A stretch of DNA of 63,978 bases, filler included, from Octopus bimaculoides (lineage: Eukaryota), in NCBI RefSeq assembly GCF_001194135.2. It is 5 parts of 5 records of this genome, joined end to end, with 100 filler letters (N's around TTAATTAATTAA, not from the genome) between each part and the next. Parts side by side here need not be neighbours in the genome. Positions count along the whole stretch, not along the records: positions 1 to 26,329 come from NC_068982.1; 4 more parts are not named here. One strand, written 5' to 3'. The notes beneath the pieces were generated by a model. It was given only the letters and a program-made list of their open reading frames with translations, had not been told where the DNA came from and made no database searches. This document shows, piece by piece, positions 1 to 13,735 of this stretch. A program made the translations under genes and the position numbers. Every line of letters starts with the position of its first letter. The stretch's first letter is position 1.

Positions 1-373
1 TATATATATATATATATATATATCGATAAATAATCGATAAATAAAGTACCAGTCGAGGACAGTGGATTTTCGAAATTGTTAAGGCGTTGGAGAAAATGCT
101 TCGCAATATTTGTTTCGGTGCAGGGTGTTGTGTGTTCATCGCTTGTTCCTTTATTCGTGTTAACATCACCACGATGAGCTTCCACACAGTTTCCGTCTAT
201 CAAATCCACTCACAAGGCATTGGCTATCATACAAGACACTTGCTCAAGGCTGCACAGTGGACTTGAACTCAAATTCATGTAATTGCGAAGCGATCTTCTT
301 AACTACAGTCATACTTATTTATTTATTATTTTATTTTATCTTATTCTATTTCATTTTATTTAATTGTACATTG

Positions 374-763
374 GTGGAGGCGCAATGGCCCAGTGGTTAG
401 GACAGCGGACTCGCGGTCATAGGATCACGGTTTCGATTCCCAGACCGGGCGTTGTGAGTGTTTATTGAGTGAAAACACCTAAAGCTCCGCGAGGCTCCGG
501 CAGGGTATGGTGGTGAACCCTACTGTACTCTTTCACCACAACGTTCTCTCACTCTCTCTTCCTGTTTCTGTTGTTCCTGTAATTCAAAGGGTCAGCCTTG
601 TCACACTGTGTCACGCTGAATATCCCCGAGAACTACGTTAAGGGTACAACGTGTCTGTGGAGTGCTCAGCCACTTGCACGTTAATTTCACGAGCAGGCTG
701 TTCCGTTGATTGGATCAACTGGAACCCTCGACGTCGTAAGTGACAGAATGCCAACAGCAACAA
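374..763 (+). mobile_element. tRNA-derived SINE, family A (resembles octopus OR-type SINEs)
   Basis: A box (TGGCCCAGTGG) and B box (GTTTCGATTCC), (CAA)n tail; near-identical copies at 12122-12510 and 56664-57040. Confidence 0.85.
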
Positions 764-999
764 TCGTACACTGATTAGGTGGCTGAGGTAACAATTCTCT
801 TCACATTTTCTTCGAAGCAGTTCCAGCAGTTCTATTATCTTATCTCTTCCATTTTCTCCGTTTTCAATTTTAATTCTTTTTGTCCTCCTTCCTTCCTGCA
901 GAATTATCAGATATTGTTGTGTGTTGCTTTGTTATTAATCTGAATAAATTTGCTTTTTCTGCTCATTTTGTTTTAATGGTGTTTTTACAGTTTAAGGTC

Positions 1000-1119
1000 A
1001 TCGCCATATTCGCTGTCGCCTTTGCCATTACCATCGTGGCCACCACCACCACCACCACCACAACCTTCGTTATAATCTTCGTTACAGTCATCATCATCAA
1101 CAGCAACAAGAGCATCGAT

Positions 1120-1168
<49 letters not shown>

Positions 1169-1445
1169 GCGTCGTCGTTGTCGTTGTAGTCATTGCAGTT
1201 GTTGTTGTCCTTATCCTTCTCCCCTCCTCCTTCTCTTCCGCATCCTTCTCCCTTACTCCTTCTCCTCAACATCCTCCTCCCCTTTCTTCCTCTTCCTCCT
1301 CATCGTTGTCGACATCATCGTCGTGGTCACCCCTCTCCTCCTTATCATCCAAATCATCGTCGTCGTCACCAACGTCGTCGTCATCATCATCATCATCGTC
1401 GTCGTCATCATCATCATCATCGTCGTCGGCATCATCATCATCACC
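1000..1445. repeat. Compound trinucleotide low-complexity tract (CAT/CAC/CGT/TCC)n
   Basis: Direct inspection. Confidence 0.9.
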
Positions 1446-1539
1446 ACAGTTTCTACCCAATTACGAGAGATATCGGTGATGGTGCCGCTGAATACCAAAA
1501 GCAGAATTGGCACGAAACGGACAGACAGAGAGAGAGACA

Positions 1540-1583
<44 letters not shown>

Positions 1584-1651
1584 GTAGGACAGGTAGGCAA
1601 TTAGGTAGGAACGTGAAAACGCCTGGTGTCATATCTTTTGAGCTGTCTTAC

Positions 1652-2257
1652 AAGTGTCAGCTCATTGAAAGGCAGCTCCTTGTTAAGGCCGAATAACTTC
1701 AGAAACAGGACCACAGTTTTCTTTTCATTCAAATCAGTTTCGCCTTGCCAAATAATGTTTACTCTAGCGACACGCTGGAAATTGTTGAACGTACGTCTGG
1801 ATATATGGAAAGGTAAAAAGAAAAAAGAAAAAGAACTATTATAAACTTCTAAAGACTCATCGAATACCCCCCGCCTCTTCACCCGCTCTGTTTTACTTTC
1901 GAGAAAATTGCATTCTACAAATTAGTCTCTGAAAGGGACACATGATAAGTCTGCTTATTTTATTCCGGTTTATAATGCTGCTAGTGTTGTTCGTGTTGTT
2001 GTTAGTGGTGTTGTTTAAACCCAATTCGGCCCTACTTGAGTGGGTCTATGATCAAAGGCATTCCTGCCGTGAACATCACGACCTTTCTTTTTTTTTCCCC
2101 TTTTTTCTTTTCTTTTTCTGTCCAGACATAGTCTAACCTGGAATACATTATCCAATATTCCTACCTTTCATAAGACGCTAGGACAGTGTGTGTATGTGTG
2201 AGTGTGTGTGTGTGTGTATGTATGTGTGTGTGTATGTATGTGCGTGTGTACGCCTGC

Positions 2258-2292
<35 letters not shown>

Positions 2293-2330
2293 CGTGTGTG
2301 TGTGTGTGTGCGTACCTGTGTGTTTCTCAT
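1652..2330 (-). CDS. Candidate 5' end of a divergent multi-exon gene (exons 2316-2330, 2036-2137, 1897-1928, 1652-1796); product unknown
   Basis: GCCGCCACCATG Kozak context at 2339-2328 then donor CAG|GTACGC. GT-AG introns of 178, 107 and 100 nt with compatible phases 0,0,2. Last exon has a long polypyrimidine acceptor and a GTAAGA donor, encoding RTFNNFQRVARVNIIWQGETDLNEKKTVVLFLKLFGLNKELPFNELTL. No recognised homology. Confidence 0.35.
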
Positions 2331-3208
2331 GGTGGCGGCGAGAGCGGCTGTGCAAATTGAAAAAGGGTAGCGGTAGGGCAGAAAAATTTCCATACTTTTC
2401 CTTGTTTCTGCCATAGTGACGCACCACGTTGAAGAGTTTAGTCGAATNNNNNNNNNNNNNNNNNNNNNNNNNNNNNNNNNNNNNNNNNNNNNNNNNNNNN
2501 NNNNNNNNNNNNNNNNNNNNNNNNNNNNNNNNNNNNNNNNNNNNNNNNNNNNNNNNNNNNNNNNNNNNNNNNNNNNNNNNNNNNNNNNNNNNNNNNNNNN
2601 NNNNNNNNNNNNNNNNNNNNNNNNNNNNNNNNNNNNNNNNNNNNNNNNNNNNNNNNNNNNNNNNNNNNNNNNNNNNNNNNNNNNNNNNNNNNNNNNNNNN
2701 NNNNNNNNNNNNNNNNNNNNNNNNNNNNNNNNNNNNNNNNNNNNNNNNNNNNNNNNNNNNNNNNNNNNNNNNNNNNNNNNNNNNNNNNNNNNNNNNNNNN
2801 NNNNNNNNNNNNNNNNNNNNNNNNNNNNNNNNNNNNNNNNNNNNNNNNNNNNNNNNNNNNNNNNNNNNNNNNNNNNNNNNNNNNNNNNNNNNNNNNNNNN
2901 NNNNNNNNNNNNNNNNNNNNNNNNNNNNNNNNNNNNNNNNNNNNNNNNNNNNNNNNNNNNNNNNNNNNNNNNNNNNNNNNNNNNNNNNNNNNNNNNNNNN
3001 NNNNNNNNNNNNNNNNNNNNNNNNNNNNNNNNNNNNNNNNNNNNNNNNNNNNNNNNNNNNNNNNNNNNNNNNNNNNNNNNNNNNNNNNNNNNNNNNNNNN
3101 NNNNNNNNNNNNNNNNNNNNNNNNNNNNNNNNNNNNNNNNNNNNNNNNNNNNNNNNNNNNNNNNNNNNNNNNNNNNNNNNNNNNNNNNNNNNNNNNNNNN
3201 NNNNNNNN

Positions 3209-3258
<50 letters not shown>

Positions 3259-4072
3259 CAGCCACCGCAGGTTAAGTAAAATCACTGGTAAGCTTGAACT
3301 CGAGTTGAGGTGTTGCCACACTATGAATGTTAAGCTATTCGAATTAATCTGTACAGGTGTATATTTTATGAGTATGCGTGTGCTTGGCTGTGTGTGTGTG
3401 TGTGTGTGTTTATGATTGTTTGCCTAAGTACAAAACAAATGTGTATCTGTACACCTATTATTATGTGTGTGTGCGTGTACATTTGTTGTTGCTTATGTAT
3501 GTATTGGATAGGAATGCGTTTGCGTATGGTCGTGTGTGTGCGCACGCGCGTGCACATGCGTATTTATGACTATGTCCCTGCGTGTGAATATAGAGCAGTA
3601 GCAGCAGCAGTAGTAGTGGAGATCACAATGAAAGAGAGTATCCATTTCTATACTAAAAGTATATCACAGCCTTCCTGAATATTATGATTAGTCAAGCGTG
3701 GCTTAATCACCAGTTTCACTTAACAAAACCCCCGTAAGTAGTCTAAATAGTTAACTAAGTACTAATTAACTGCAACTAATAGCTTGCTAAACTAGTGATT
3801 ATAAGTGACGTCCCACGAAGTGGGAGAATTCTCAGGTTACCATGTTGATTTGAAGTGTGCCTGATAGGAGTCCGTTGAAGGCGCGACGCTAACCCCAACT
3901 GGCCAACACCGCGTTCCAGATAAGAATCTAACACGGAACAGATTAATAGGGGGTATCTGCTGAATAACTTTTCAAAGTGCCGAGTCACACGGCAAGCAAT
4001 GGCGGGAGACACTTGCTCACTGAAGTGTGCAAAAATAAATAAATAAACAAATAAATAATAAACAAAGCACAG

Positions 4073-4228
4073 ACGTAGCTGTGTGGTAAGAAGCTTGCTT
4101 CCCGACCACATGGTTCCGGGTTCAGTCCCACTGCGTGGCACCTGGGGCAAATGTCTTCTACTATAGCCTCGGGCCGACCAAAACCTTGTGAGTGGATTTG
4201 GTAGACGGAAGCTGAAAAAAGCCCGTCG

Positions 4229-4230
<2 letters not shown>
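4073..4230 (+). mobile_element. SINE family C 5' half (internal TA/TG microsatellite runs into gap)
   Basis: gctgtgtggtaagaagcttgcttcc...ggttccgggttcagtccc tRNA-like head; ends at the internal (TA)n. Same head at 6543-6700 and 38150. Confidence 0.8.
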
Positions 4231-4261
<31 letters not shown>

Positions 4262-4825
4262 NNNNNNNNNNNNNNNNNNNNNNNNNNNNNNNNNNNNNNN
4301 NNNNNNNNNNNNNNNNNNNNNNNNNNNNNNNNNNNNNNNNNNNNNNNNNNNNNNNNNNNNNNNNNNNNNNNNNNNNNNNNNNNNNNNNNNNNNNNNNNNN
4401 NNNNNNNNNNNNNNNNNNNNNNNNNNNNNNNNNNNNNNNNNNNNNNNNNNNNNNNNNNNNNNNNNNNNNNNNNNNNNNNNNNNNNNNNNNNNNNNNNNNN
4501 NNNNNNNNNNNNNNNNNNNNNNNNNNNNNNNNNNNNNNNNNNNNNNNNNNNNNNNNNNNNNNNNNNNNNNNNNNNNNNNNNNNNNNNNNNNNNNNNNNNN
4601 NNNNNNNNNNNNNNNNNNNNNNNNNNNNNNNNNNNNNNNNNNNNNNNNNNNNNNNNNNNNNNNNNNNNNNNNNNNNNNNNNNNNNNNNNNNNNNNNNNNN
4701 NNNNNNNNNNNNNNNNNNNNNNNNNNNNNNNNNNNNNNNNNNNNNNNNNNNNNNNNNNNNNNNNNNNNNNNNNNNNNNNNNNNNNNNNNNNNNNNNNNNN
4801 NNNNNNNNNNNNNNNNNNNNNNNNG

Positions 4826-5280
4826 GAATTTGAACTCAGAACGTAAAGACAGACGAAATACGTGCTAACATTTCTTATTTCTTTACTGCCCACAAGGGGC
4901 TATACACAGAGGGGACAGACAAACGGATTAAGTCGATTATATCGACTCCAATGCGTAACTGGTACTTATTTAATCGACCCTGAAAGGATGAAAGACAAAG
5001 TCGACTTCGGCGGAATTTGAACTCAGAACGTAGCGGCAGACGAAATACCGCTAAGTATTTCGCCCGGCTTCTGCCAGCTCGCCGCCTTTGTAGAAAAGAT
5101 AATAATGATTTCAAATGTTGGTTCAAGGCTAGCAATTTCAGTCTTCATCAGGTACTTATTCTATCGACCCTGAAAGGGATGAAAGGCAAAGTCGACCTCG
5201 GTGGAATATAAACCCAGAACGTTAAAGACGGACGAAATGATACCAAGCATTTTGTCCGACGTGCTTACGATTCTGCCATC
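4826..5280 (-). mobile_element. Cluster of family D SINE monomers including a dimer junction
   Basis: Repeated ggcaaagtcgac(c/t)tcggcggaatttgaactcagaacg core; junction gctaacatttcttatttctttactgcccacaagggg at ~4862-4900. Confidence 0.75.
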
Positions 5281-5729
5281 TCAGAATATACCTCAGGATT
5301 TACAATGTCTTTTTTTCTCTCTTTTGTCACCAGTTAGAGCATAAACAAGACGTTAGCGAAGCGATCTTAGCCATTTGTCTACAATGCGTCCGCCGTACAG
5401 CACACAAGTACACACATACATAAACATATACACACATGCATACACATATGCACACATGCATACATAGATATTACACACACACATTTACATGTGTAAACAT
5501 ATTTAAACCGCTTTCTTTTCTCCAAATCCATAGACAAGGTAAGAAAATGAAACAAATGAGTTTCTGTTAATGGCGGATATTTGAAAACAGTTTTCAGTCT
5601 GCACTTATTGAGGATCAGGTTAATGGAGGGGAGGGGAAGTCGTTACAAACCATCTCCAAGGACATGGTTATCTTAAAAGGTTTTCGTCTGAGACCACTTA
5701 AATGTTGCTATGGAGAGAAAGGGAGAGAA

Positions 5730-5769
<40 letters not shown>

Positions 5770-6362
5770 NNNNNNNNNNNNNNNNNNNNNNNNNNNNNNN
5801 NNNNNNNNNNNNNNNNNNNNNNNNNNNNNNNNNNNNNNNNNNNNNNNNNNNNNNNNNNNNNNNNNNNNNNNNNNNNNNNNNNNNNNNNNNNNNNNNNNNN
5901 NNNNNNNNNNNNNNNNNNNNNNNNNNNNNNNNNNNNNNNNNNNNNNNNNNNNNNNNNNNNNNNNNNNNNNNNNNNNNNNNNNNNNNNNNNNNNNNNNNNN
6001 NNNNNNNNNNNNNNNNNNNNNNNNNNNNNNNNNNNNNNNNNNNNNNNNNNNNNNNNNNNNNNNNNNNNNNNNNNNNNNNNNNNNNNNNNNNNNNNNNNNN
6101 NNNNNNNNNNNNNNNNNNNNNNNNNNNNNNNNNNNNNNNNNNNNNNNNNNNNNNNNNNNNNNNNNATATATATATACACGCGCGCACGCAGACACACACA
6201 TATACATACGTACACAATCTGTAACATGTTCAAATGTAACAGCATTGGGTAAACACGCGTGAGCACCCACTCACTCGACATCTCTTTCCTTCTTTCTTCC
6301 TTCCTTCCTTCCTTTCCTTTTTATTTCACTCTCTCACTCTTCTCTTTGTCTTTTTATTTCAC

Positions 6363-6426
<64 letters not shown>

Positions 6427-6542
6427 CACACATACATACATACATACACGTGTATGTGTGTTCATGTAGGCGGGTATGTATGTATAGGAATATACATACA
6501 TATACATAATATATATGTATATACACACAGACATATACATAT

Positions 6543-6700
6543 GAGGCTGTGTGGTAAGAAGCATGGTTCCCAACCACATGGTTCCGGGTTCAGTCCCACT
6601 GCGTCGCACCTTTGGCAAGTGTCTTCTACTATAGCCTCGGCCGACCAAAGCCTTGTGAGTGGTTTTGGTAGACGGAAACTAAAAGAAGCCCGTCGTGTAT
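6543..6700 (+). mobile_element. SINE family C 5' half
   Basis: Colinear with 4073-4230. Confidence 0.8.
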
Positions 6701-6782
6701 ACGCATATGCACAGACATATAGACACACATATACATGTATATATATGCATATGTATGTCTATGTGTGTACGTGTGTGCATGC

Positions 6783-6814
<32 letters not shown>

Positions 6815-9800
6815 NNNNNNNNNNNNNNNNNNNNNNNNNNNNNNNNNNNNNNNNNNNNNNNNNNNNNNNNNNNNNNNNNNNNNNNNNNNNNNNNNNNNNN
6901 NNNNNNNNNNNNNNNNNNNNNNNNNNNNNNNNNNNNNNNNNNNNNNNNNNNNNNNNNNNNNNNNNNNNNNNNNNNNNNNNNNNNNNNNNNNNNNNNNNNN
7001 NNNNNNNNNNNNNNNNNNNNNNNNNNNNNNNNNNNNNNNNNNNNNNNNNNNNNNNNNNNNNNNNNNNNNNNNNNNNNNNNNNNNNNNNNNNNNNNNNNNN
7101 NNNNNNNNNNNNNNNNNNNNNNNNNNNNNNNNNNNNNNNNNNNNNNNNNNNNNNNNNNNNNNNNNNNNNNNNNNNNNNNNNNNNNNNNNNNNNNNNNNNN
7201 NNNNNNNNNNNNNNNNNNNNNNNNNNNNNNNNNNNNNNNNNNNNNNNNNNNNNNNNNNNNNNNNNNNNNNNNNNNNNNNNNNNNNNNNNNNNNNNNNNNN
7301 NNNNNNNNNNNNNNNNNNNNNNNNNNNNNNNNNNNNNNNNNNNNNNNNNNNNNNNNNNNNNNNNNNNNNNNNNNNNNNNNNNNNNNNNNNNNNNNNNNNN
7401 NNNNNNNNNNNNNNNNNNNNNNNNNNNNNNNNNNNNNNNNNNNNNNNNNNNNNNNNNNNNNNNNNNNNNNNNNNNNNNNNNNNNNNNNNNNNNNNNNNNN
7501 NNNNNNNNNNNNNNNNNNNNNNNNNNNNNNNNNNNNNNNNNNNNNNNNNNNNNNNNNNNNNNNNNNNNNNNNNNNNNNNNNNNNNNNNNNNNNNNNNNNN
7601 NNNNNNNNNNNNNNNNNNNNNNNNNNNNNNNNNNNNNNNNNNNNNNNNNNNNNNNNNNNNNNNNNNNNNNNNNNNNNNNNNNGCATACATATATACATGT
7701 ACGGTATATGTGTATACACACTGTAAAATACTAGCAAAATCCTATATTTCAAACTACTACAGACACAGCTTATACATGCACACACATGAATTGGAATGGC
7801 TGCTACTGTCCAAACTTCATTAAAATAGACTTGTTATTATGTTACCGACCGAAAGACCTAGATAAATATTAATAAGATCATGCTTACGTATATACATATA
7901 TAATACTTACACGCACACTCAAATACATACATGCATAATGTACATACATACATACATACATACATACATACATACATACATACATACATACATACATACA
8001 TACATGTACACCCATACATTCATACATATAGAAACTAAGAGCTAAGTTTTGAAATATTACCCAATTCCCCGAATTCACTTCTTCAACTGTTAGTTTACTC
8101 AGACAGTTTCATTATTGGCTAAAAGGAAATGGGGACTCGGGAACTTAATTGTAAGGGTTAGCTTAATCTGTCTTTAATCCCTGGATTATTTGTAACTTAA
8201 CAGCAATGTTTACCTTCGGTCATGTGAATTTCTGATAAGTTGTGAACAAATACAGAACATATATTCTTACTAATAGGAAGATGAGGTCAGCAATTCAATC
8301 CCCCGCGACCCGTAGTATCGTAAGGACACTCCGTGGGGATTTCCAATAAATATTCAGTGATGTCACTTCCAGTACATTTCTCTAGGCTCACTGGAACTTT
8401 CTGCTTAAGCATGTGCAAGCAAGGGAAACAACTGTTCATTTTAAATAGATCCCACTCCGTGGAACTGGAAACTGTACCTTCTGTCTGACTGAAAGGTAAA
8501 CGAACTGGGCCATGTACTTAAGTAGTCAGGCTATTTGTCACGGAGAGGATAAAACAATACAACAACGACAATCCATTAACTGAGAAACCGGCTGATAACA
8601 GAATAAAGCTATGTCGATGATCTTAGTGATTTAATCCTTCGCCATTCGAGTTGGTGTTGTTTTGTCGAAAATTAGTTCTGACTGAGCAGACCTAAAACAA
8701 AAGACTTTCCAACCACGATCATCTCATGGCTTTTGTACCGAGGACTACACTTTGTTGTCTGTTTGTAATTAATTTATATTTCTATTAGACGGTTGTGTGA
8801 AGGTACGTGGCCTAGTGTTAAGGCGCGTGGCCTAGCACTCACGATCTAGCGTGGTTCGATTCTCGAACCGAACGACGTGTTGTGTTCTTGAGCAAAACAC
8901 TTAATTTCACGTTACTCCAGTTGACTAGCCTTCTGAAGAGGAAAAGGGGATGTTGGCCTGCTCGTCTAGCCAACGGGGTGGCATCATTCAAAAACTAAAA
9001 CGATGCAAAGTGCATTGTGACTAACGATGTGTAACAACATCCGATAGTTTGGTCGATCACGTGATTAGACAGTTAAATGATCTGAGTAAATTTAAGAGTG
9101 TAGAGGATCCTTTGGCTGTCATCTTTTAAGTGGTTGACAGAGAAGACAGTTATTTCAGATTCTTTATGATATCTAAAAAAAAATTGATGTCTTACCGTTC
9201 TGAATAAATGTCATGCCGGGGTTGATAGTGCAAAAACCAGTACCATCGTGGCATTGATTCAATCGATTATACTCCGAGCAAGAAATATTGTTCTTTTGCT
9301 TTGTCTAAAAGAAATCTCACGTCAAGGCGCGTGGTTTTAATTGTCATGTGTGCTGCACTTTCAATCGCCAGATTGTAGGTTCGATTCCAAAATCGGGCGG
9401 CGTGTTGTGTTCTTGAGCAAAGCACTTCATTTCACGTTGTGCTAGTGCTGCGCCGGGACTGTCATACCAAAGAATAAACCTAACATTTCTTCTGCGTGTC
9501 GTAAGAAGGCGACTAAGATAGGCCAAGGTAGGATCTGCGCTCCGACCTCGTGAAAATCCTCCCCAGCAGTGACCACCTTAGCAGACCCATGGGTTGTTGC
9601 TTGAGTGATGCAAAGGTGTATCCGCTAGAAGTAGAGAATCACCAACAAATGATGGATGCAGAGACGCGCTTTTAACTTCTACTAATGAAACGGTTTAGTA
9701 ATTGTTCCCTTTTATCCATAATCCATTTTCCTTGTTTTGATGAAACTTAAGCAACGAATTTTTTTTTATATGAAATTATTTAAAATCATTTTCTCGACTT

Positions 9801-11114
9801 CATTTTGAGTTTCAAATTTATTAAAATATCATTTTCAGGATCGATGACAGACAAACGTCAGTTTTTTTTTCTTTCATAACCACTGTGACGTGCTTCTGTC
9901 GTGAAGGCACGTGGCTTTGTGGTTGTGATATTCGGCCAACGATCGTAAGGCCGTGAGTTCGAGTCCTGGCAGCACGTTGCATCCTTGAGCAAGTCAGTTC
10001 ATTTCCCCATTGCTCTAGTCCACTCAGCTGGTAAAAATGAGTTTTACCTGTAATTCAAAAAGGCCAACCTTGTCACAGTCTGTGTCACGCTGAATCTCCC
10101 AGAGAATCTACGTTAAGATTAACCGTGCATCAATTCCTGTTGGTAAAATATATTGTTAGCTCTAATATAATATACTTTATACTATACTCTAATATCCTGT
10201 ATATTTTTCATGCAGAAGGGACACCTGGGAAATTCTCCAATGATTTCTATCCGTTATTAAAAACCTGAAATAGGATAAGATCCCACTTATTAGACTTAAA
10301 CAGTTTGTTTGATGCACCAAAAGATTCGCGTAGTTTCAATGTATGCTTCTTGTTGTTCACATTTTATATTTTAATTTCGAACTTTTGCACTTCTGTGTTT
10401 TGTATACTAAACTTTTGCGGAAATGGGATTTAGTTGATCAGCCAACTTGTCTTTGAGGAATATAGCACACTTGTCAGTTCATAATCTCGTTGGCATGGTC
10501 ACTGCATAAACATATTTAGTCTTTCGATGTTATCAAGTAGCAATGAGAGAGGGGGGGGGAGAAGTGAGAGTGAGAGAGTGGATAAGGGAGTGGGAGATTA
10601 GAAGGATATATAGTGGTTAGAGACAGAAGGAAAGACAAGTCACATGAGAGTATGAAAACAAGCTGAGATTTAGTGCAACATCGTTCATAAGAAAACATTT
10701 AATAGAGAAATGAAGAAAGAAAGAATGAGAAAGAGAGAGTGGTTGTTGTTCTGTGTGTGTTTGTGTGTTAGTGTATGAAAGAGAGAGAGAGAGAGGGGGT
10801 GGAGAAAGACAGACAAAGACAGTGAACGAGAGATTGGGGTGAAAAGTAAAAGACTTGATTAAATATTTTTGTAATAGATATTTTATTGCTTATTATGAAC
10901 TTCGAAACTTGACTGAGATTCATACTACGCGGAAATACATATAGACATATAGATATATAAATATATAGACATAATAACACTCTGTAAGAAATACACATAC
11001 ATATATTGACTGAAACATTGATACACGCACATATCCAAACATAGATATACGTACACACGCAGACACGTAATTAAAATCAATATTCACTGGATACATACAC
11101 TATATACGCACATA

Positions 11115-11138
11115 TCTATCTGTCTATCTATCTATCTG

Positions 11139-11202
<64 letters not shown>

Positions 11203-11300
11203 CCTACCTATCTATCTATTTATCTATCTACCTATCTATCTATCTATCTACCTATCTATCTATCTATCTATCTATCTATCTGTCTGTCCGTCTGTCTATC
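11115..11300. repeat. (TATC)n microsatellite
   Basis: Direct inspection. Confidence 0.95.
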
Positions 11301-11739
11301 TAACAATCCCTATACACACACACATATACATAGATACCTACCTACATACATACGTATACGTGTCATATGTATAAATATATCATGTACATACATGCTTGCA
11401 AGCATACATTCATACATGCATAATTACCTTCAATCTCCATATATAAATATACATATAAAATACATTAAACAGCATTTACTCATACACCTCGACTTATATA
11501 TGCACATTCGTACATATAATACATTTTGACTCATCCGGCACTGTAAAATGAAATCAACGAAAAACAGACATACATGGAAACTATCCCTACCTTTATGTAT
11601 CATATATACACATATAATTGAGCAATGTTTAGTAATACAGTTATATAAGTGAATATCTACAGATGCAGACACATGAATACATGTCTAGCTTTTAATTGGG
11701 AAACGGTATCAGGTTTACCAACCTACATGCAATTTCACA

Positions 11740-11930
11740 ATGGAGTTTGAAAGTGTGTTGACCACCATTTTAACAAAAGAGAACGATTGTGAAATTTCTA
11801 GGTCTTCGGAATCACTCTTGAATTATTTACACCAGGATAGAAGCTTAACGACTACAAAGATTTTAACTCATCCAGGTTCAGAGGATTTGTTGTCACGCTT
11901 AATAAAATTGCTGTCATCAACGGATATCAG
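11740..11930 (+). CDS. Armadillo/HEAT-repeat protein, first identified coding exon (MEFESVLTT...LIKLLSSTDIR)
   Basis: ATG at 11740 in an open frame, AG acceptor at 11711-11712 (exon may start at 11713, 9 further open codons), donor AG|GTACGT at 11931. Phase 2 matches the next exon, rebuilding AGA (Arg). Confidence 0.8.
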
Positions 11931-12121
11931 GTACGTACGTACAAATACACATGTTTTGAAGGATGTCGCAGACACACGTAACCACACATACTTTTCGTCT
12001 TTTTATTTATGGGAGTGTGGTGGGGGGGAGCACATATCTACACTTTGTCACTAAGTTTACGTGTTTTTAATGTTTTGTTTGTTTAACTAGTAAACATAGA
12101 ACTGCGGCTATCGTAGGGATA

Positions 12122-12510
12122 GTGGAGGCGCAATGGTCCAGTGGTTAGGGCAGCGGACTCGTGGTCATAGGATCGCGGTTTCGATCCCCAGACTGGGCAT
12201 TGTGAGTGTTTATTGAGCGAAAACACCTAAAGCTCCACGAGGCTCCGGCAGGGGATGGTGGCGAACCCTGCTGTACTCTTTCACCACAGCTTTCACTCAC
12301 TCTTACTTCCTGTTTCTGTTGTGCCTGTAATTAAAAGGGTTAGCCTTGTCACACTGTGTCACGCTGAATATCCCCGAGAACTACGTTAAGGGTGCACGTG
12401 TCTATGGAGTGCTCAACCACTTGCACGTTAATTTCACGAGCAGGCTGTTCCGTTGATCGGATCAACTGGAACCCTCGACGTCGTAAGCGACGGAGTGCCA
12501 ACACACACAC
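12122..12510 (+). mobile_element. tRNA-derived SINE, family A, with target-site duplication
   Basis: Full-length copy. 13-bp TSD tatcgtagggata (12109-12121) / tattgtagggata (12513-12525), one mismatch. Confidence 0.88.
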
Positions 12511-12633
12511 TGTATTGTAGGGATAATGAGCTACAACCTTGGGTCTAATACACCAGGGAATGTCCGACATTATACTTGAGCCTCCTAATTTTCTTTATCT
12601 CATTCTGTCTCTCCCTACACACACATGTAGAAA

Positions 12634-12674
<41 letters not shown>

Positions 12675-12965
12675 TAATCGTAAAACACTGAACTTGTTTT
12701 TACAGACGATCCCGACAAAGTTAACGTTCCGAGTCATAAAGGCAGCCTCAATGCTGCCATTCAATCAGTTAGAAATAGCACCCAAATTCGTCAAGCTACA
12801 CCTTACAATCTTAATTAGAACATATCAGGTAAGACAGTGATGAAAATATTGTTTGAAAATAGGAAGGAATGGTTATTGTCTTGGACAAAGTTTACCTGGA
12901 TTAAACAACAACAACAATCAAATTTGAGCTTCCTTATATATATATATATATGACTTGAGCTTCCT

Positions 12966-13340
12966 TATATCTCCTGTGAGGTAAGAAGTTTGCTTCCCAA
13001 CCATATGGTTCCGGGTTCAGTCCTACTTCGTAGCACTTTGGGCAAGTGTCTTCCACTATAGCCTCGAGCTGATCAATCCTCGTCTGTGTATTTGGTTGAC
13101 GGAAACTAAAAGAAGTTTGTCGTGTGTGTGTGTGTGTTGTGTGTGTCATTGTGTTTATGTCTTCCGTTTCCCACTGTCTAACGATCGGTGTTTGTATGTT
13201 TACACCCTCGTTACTTAGCGTTTCGACAAAAAGAGTTCGATAGAATTAGTACAAGATGAAAAAACAAAGTACTGGGGTTGATCTGTTCGACTAAAACTAC
13301 TCTTCAAGGTGGTGCCCCAGGTTGACCGCAGTCCTAGACA
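12966..13340 (+). mobile_element. SINE family C, diverged full-length copy
   Basis: Head, internal (TG)n and 3' half (cttagcgtttcgacaaaaagag...ggtggtgccccag). Confidence 0.7.
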
Positions 13341-13735
13341 CATACATACATACATACAAAAATGCTCTGTTGTTGATGTTGAAATTCCAATGAAGGAACC
13401 TCGGATCTAGGTTAGGAACCGATTCTTTCTCTATTGGCAAGAAATCTTGAAATAACTGAATAATGACATACATATAAATCGATGTGCGGGTGTCTGTGTT
13501 ATTTCTCTAACTTAGCGGTCTGACAAGAGAGATCAATAGACTAAGTACTTGACTTACATTAAAAAAATGCGCTAGAGCCGATCTGTTCGACTAAAACTTT
13601 TCAAGGTGGTGCTCCAGCTTGGTCGCTGTTAAATAACTGAAACAAGATAAACAAAATAAAAGATATCGATAAAATATTACTAATATTCCGAGATCTAAAG
13701 TATCGCTCATATAATTCATGTAAATTATCACACTT

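Noticed and set aside
374-450. tRNA-like A/B boxes at SINE heads (also 12122, 13736, 23068, 56664)
   Set aside because: They continue into SINE bodies and lack a complete cloverleaf; not tRNA genes.
880-1696. Long ORFs rich in poly-I/S/H/D/M
   Set aside because: Translations of (CAT/CGT/TCC)n microsatellites, open in several frames on both strands.
2404-2420. ctgccatagtgac as an RFX X-box upstream of both genes
   Set aside because: Only a half-site matches; too common to support a regulatory call.
2161-7823. ORFs of 200-490 aa spanning X runs and YI/HT/CV repeats (also later in the window)
   Set aside because: Created by N gaps and dinucleotide repeats.
13385-13425. ccaatgaagg-aacct...aggtt-aggaac hairpin resembling a hammerhead
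   Set aside because: Neither the CUGANGA nor the GAAAC core is intact and there is no stem III or cleavage triplet.
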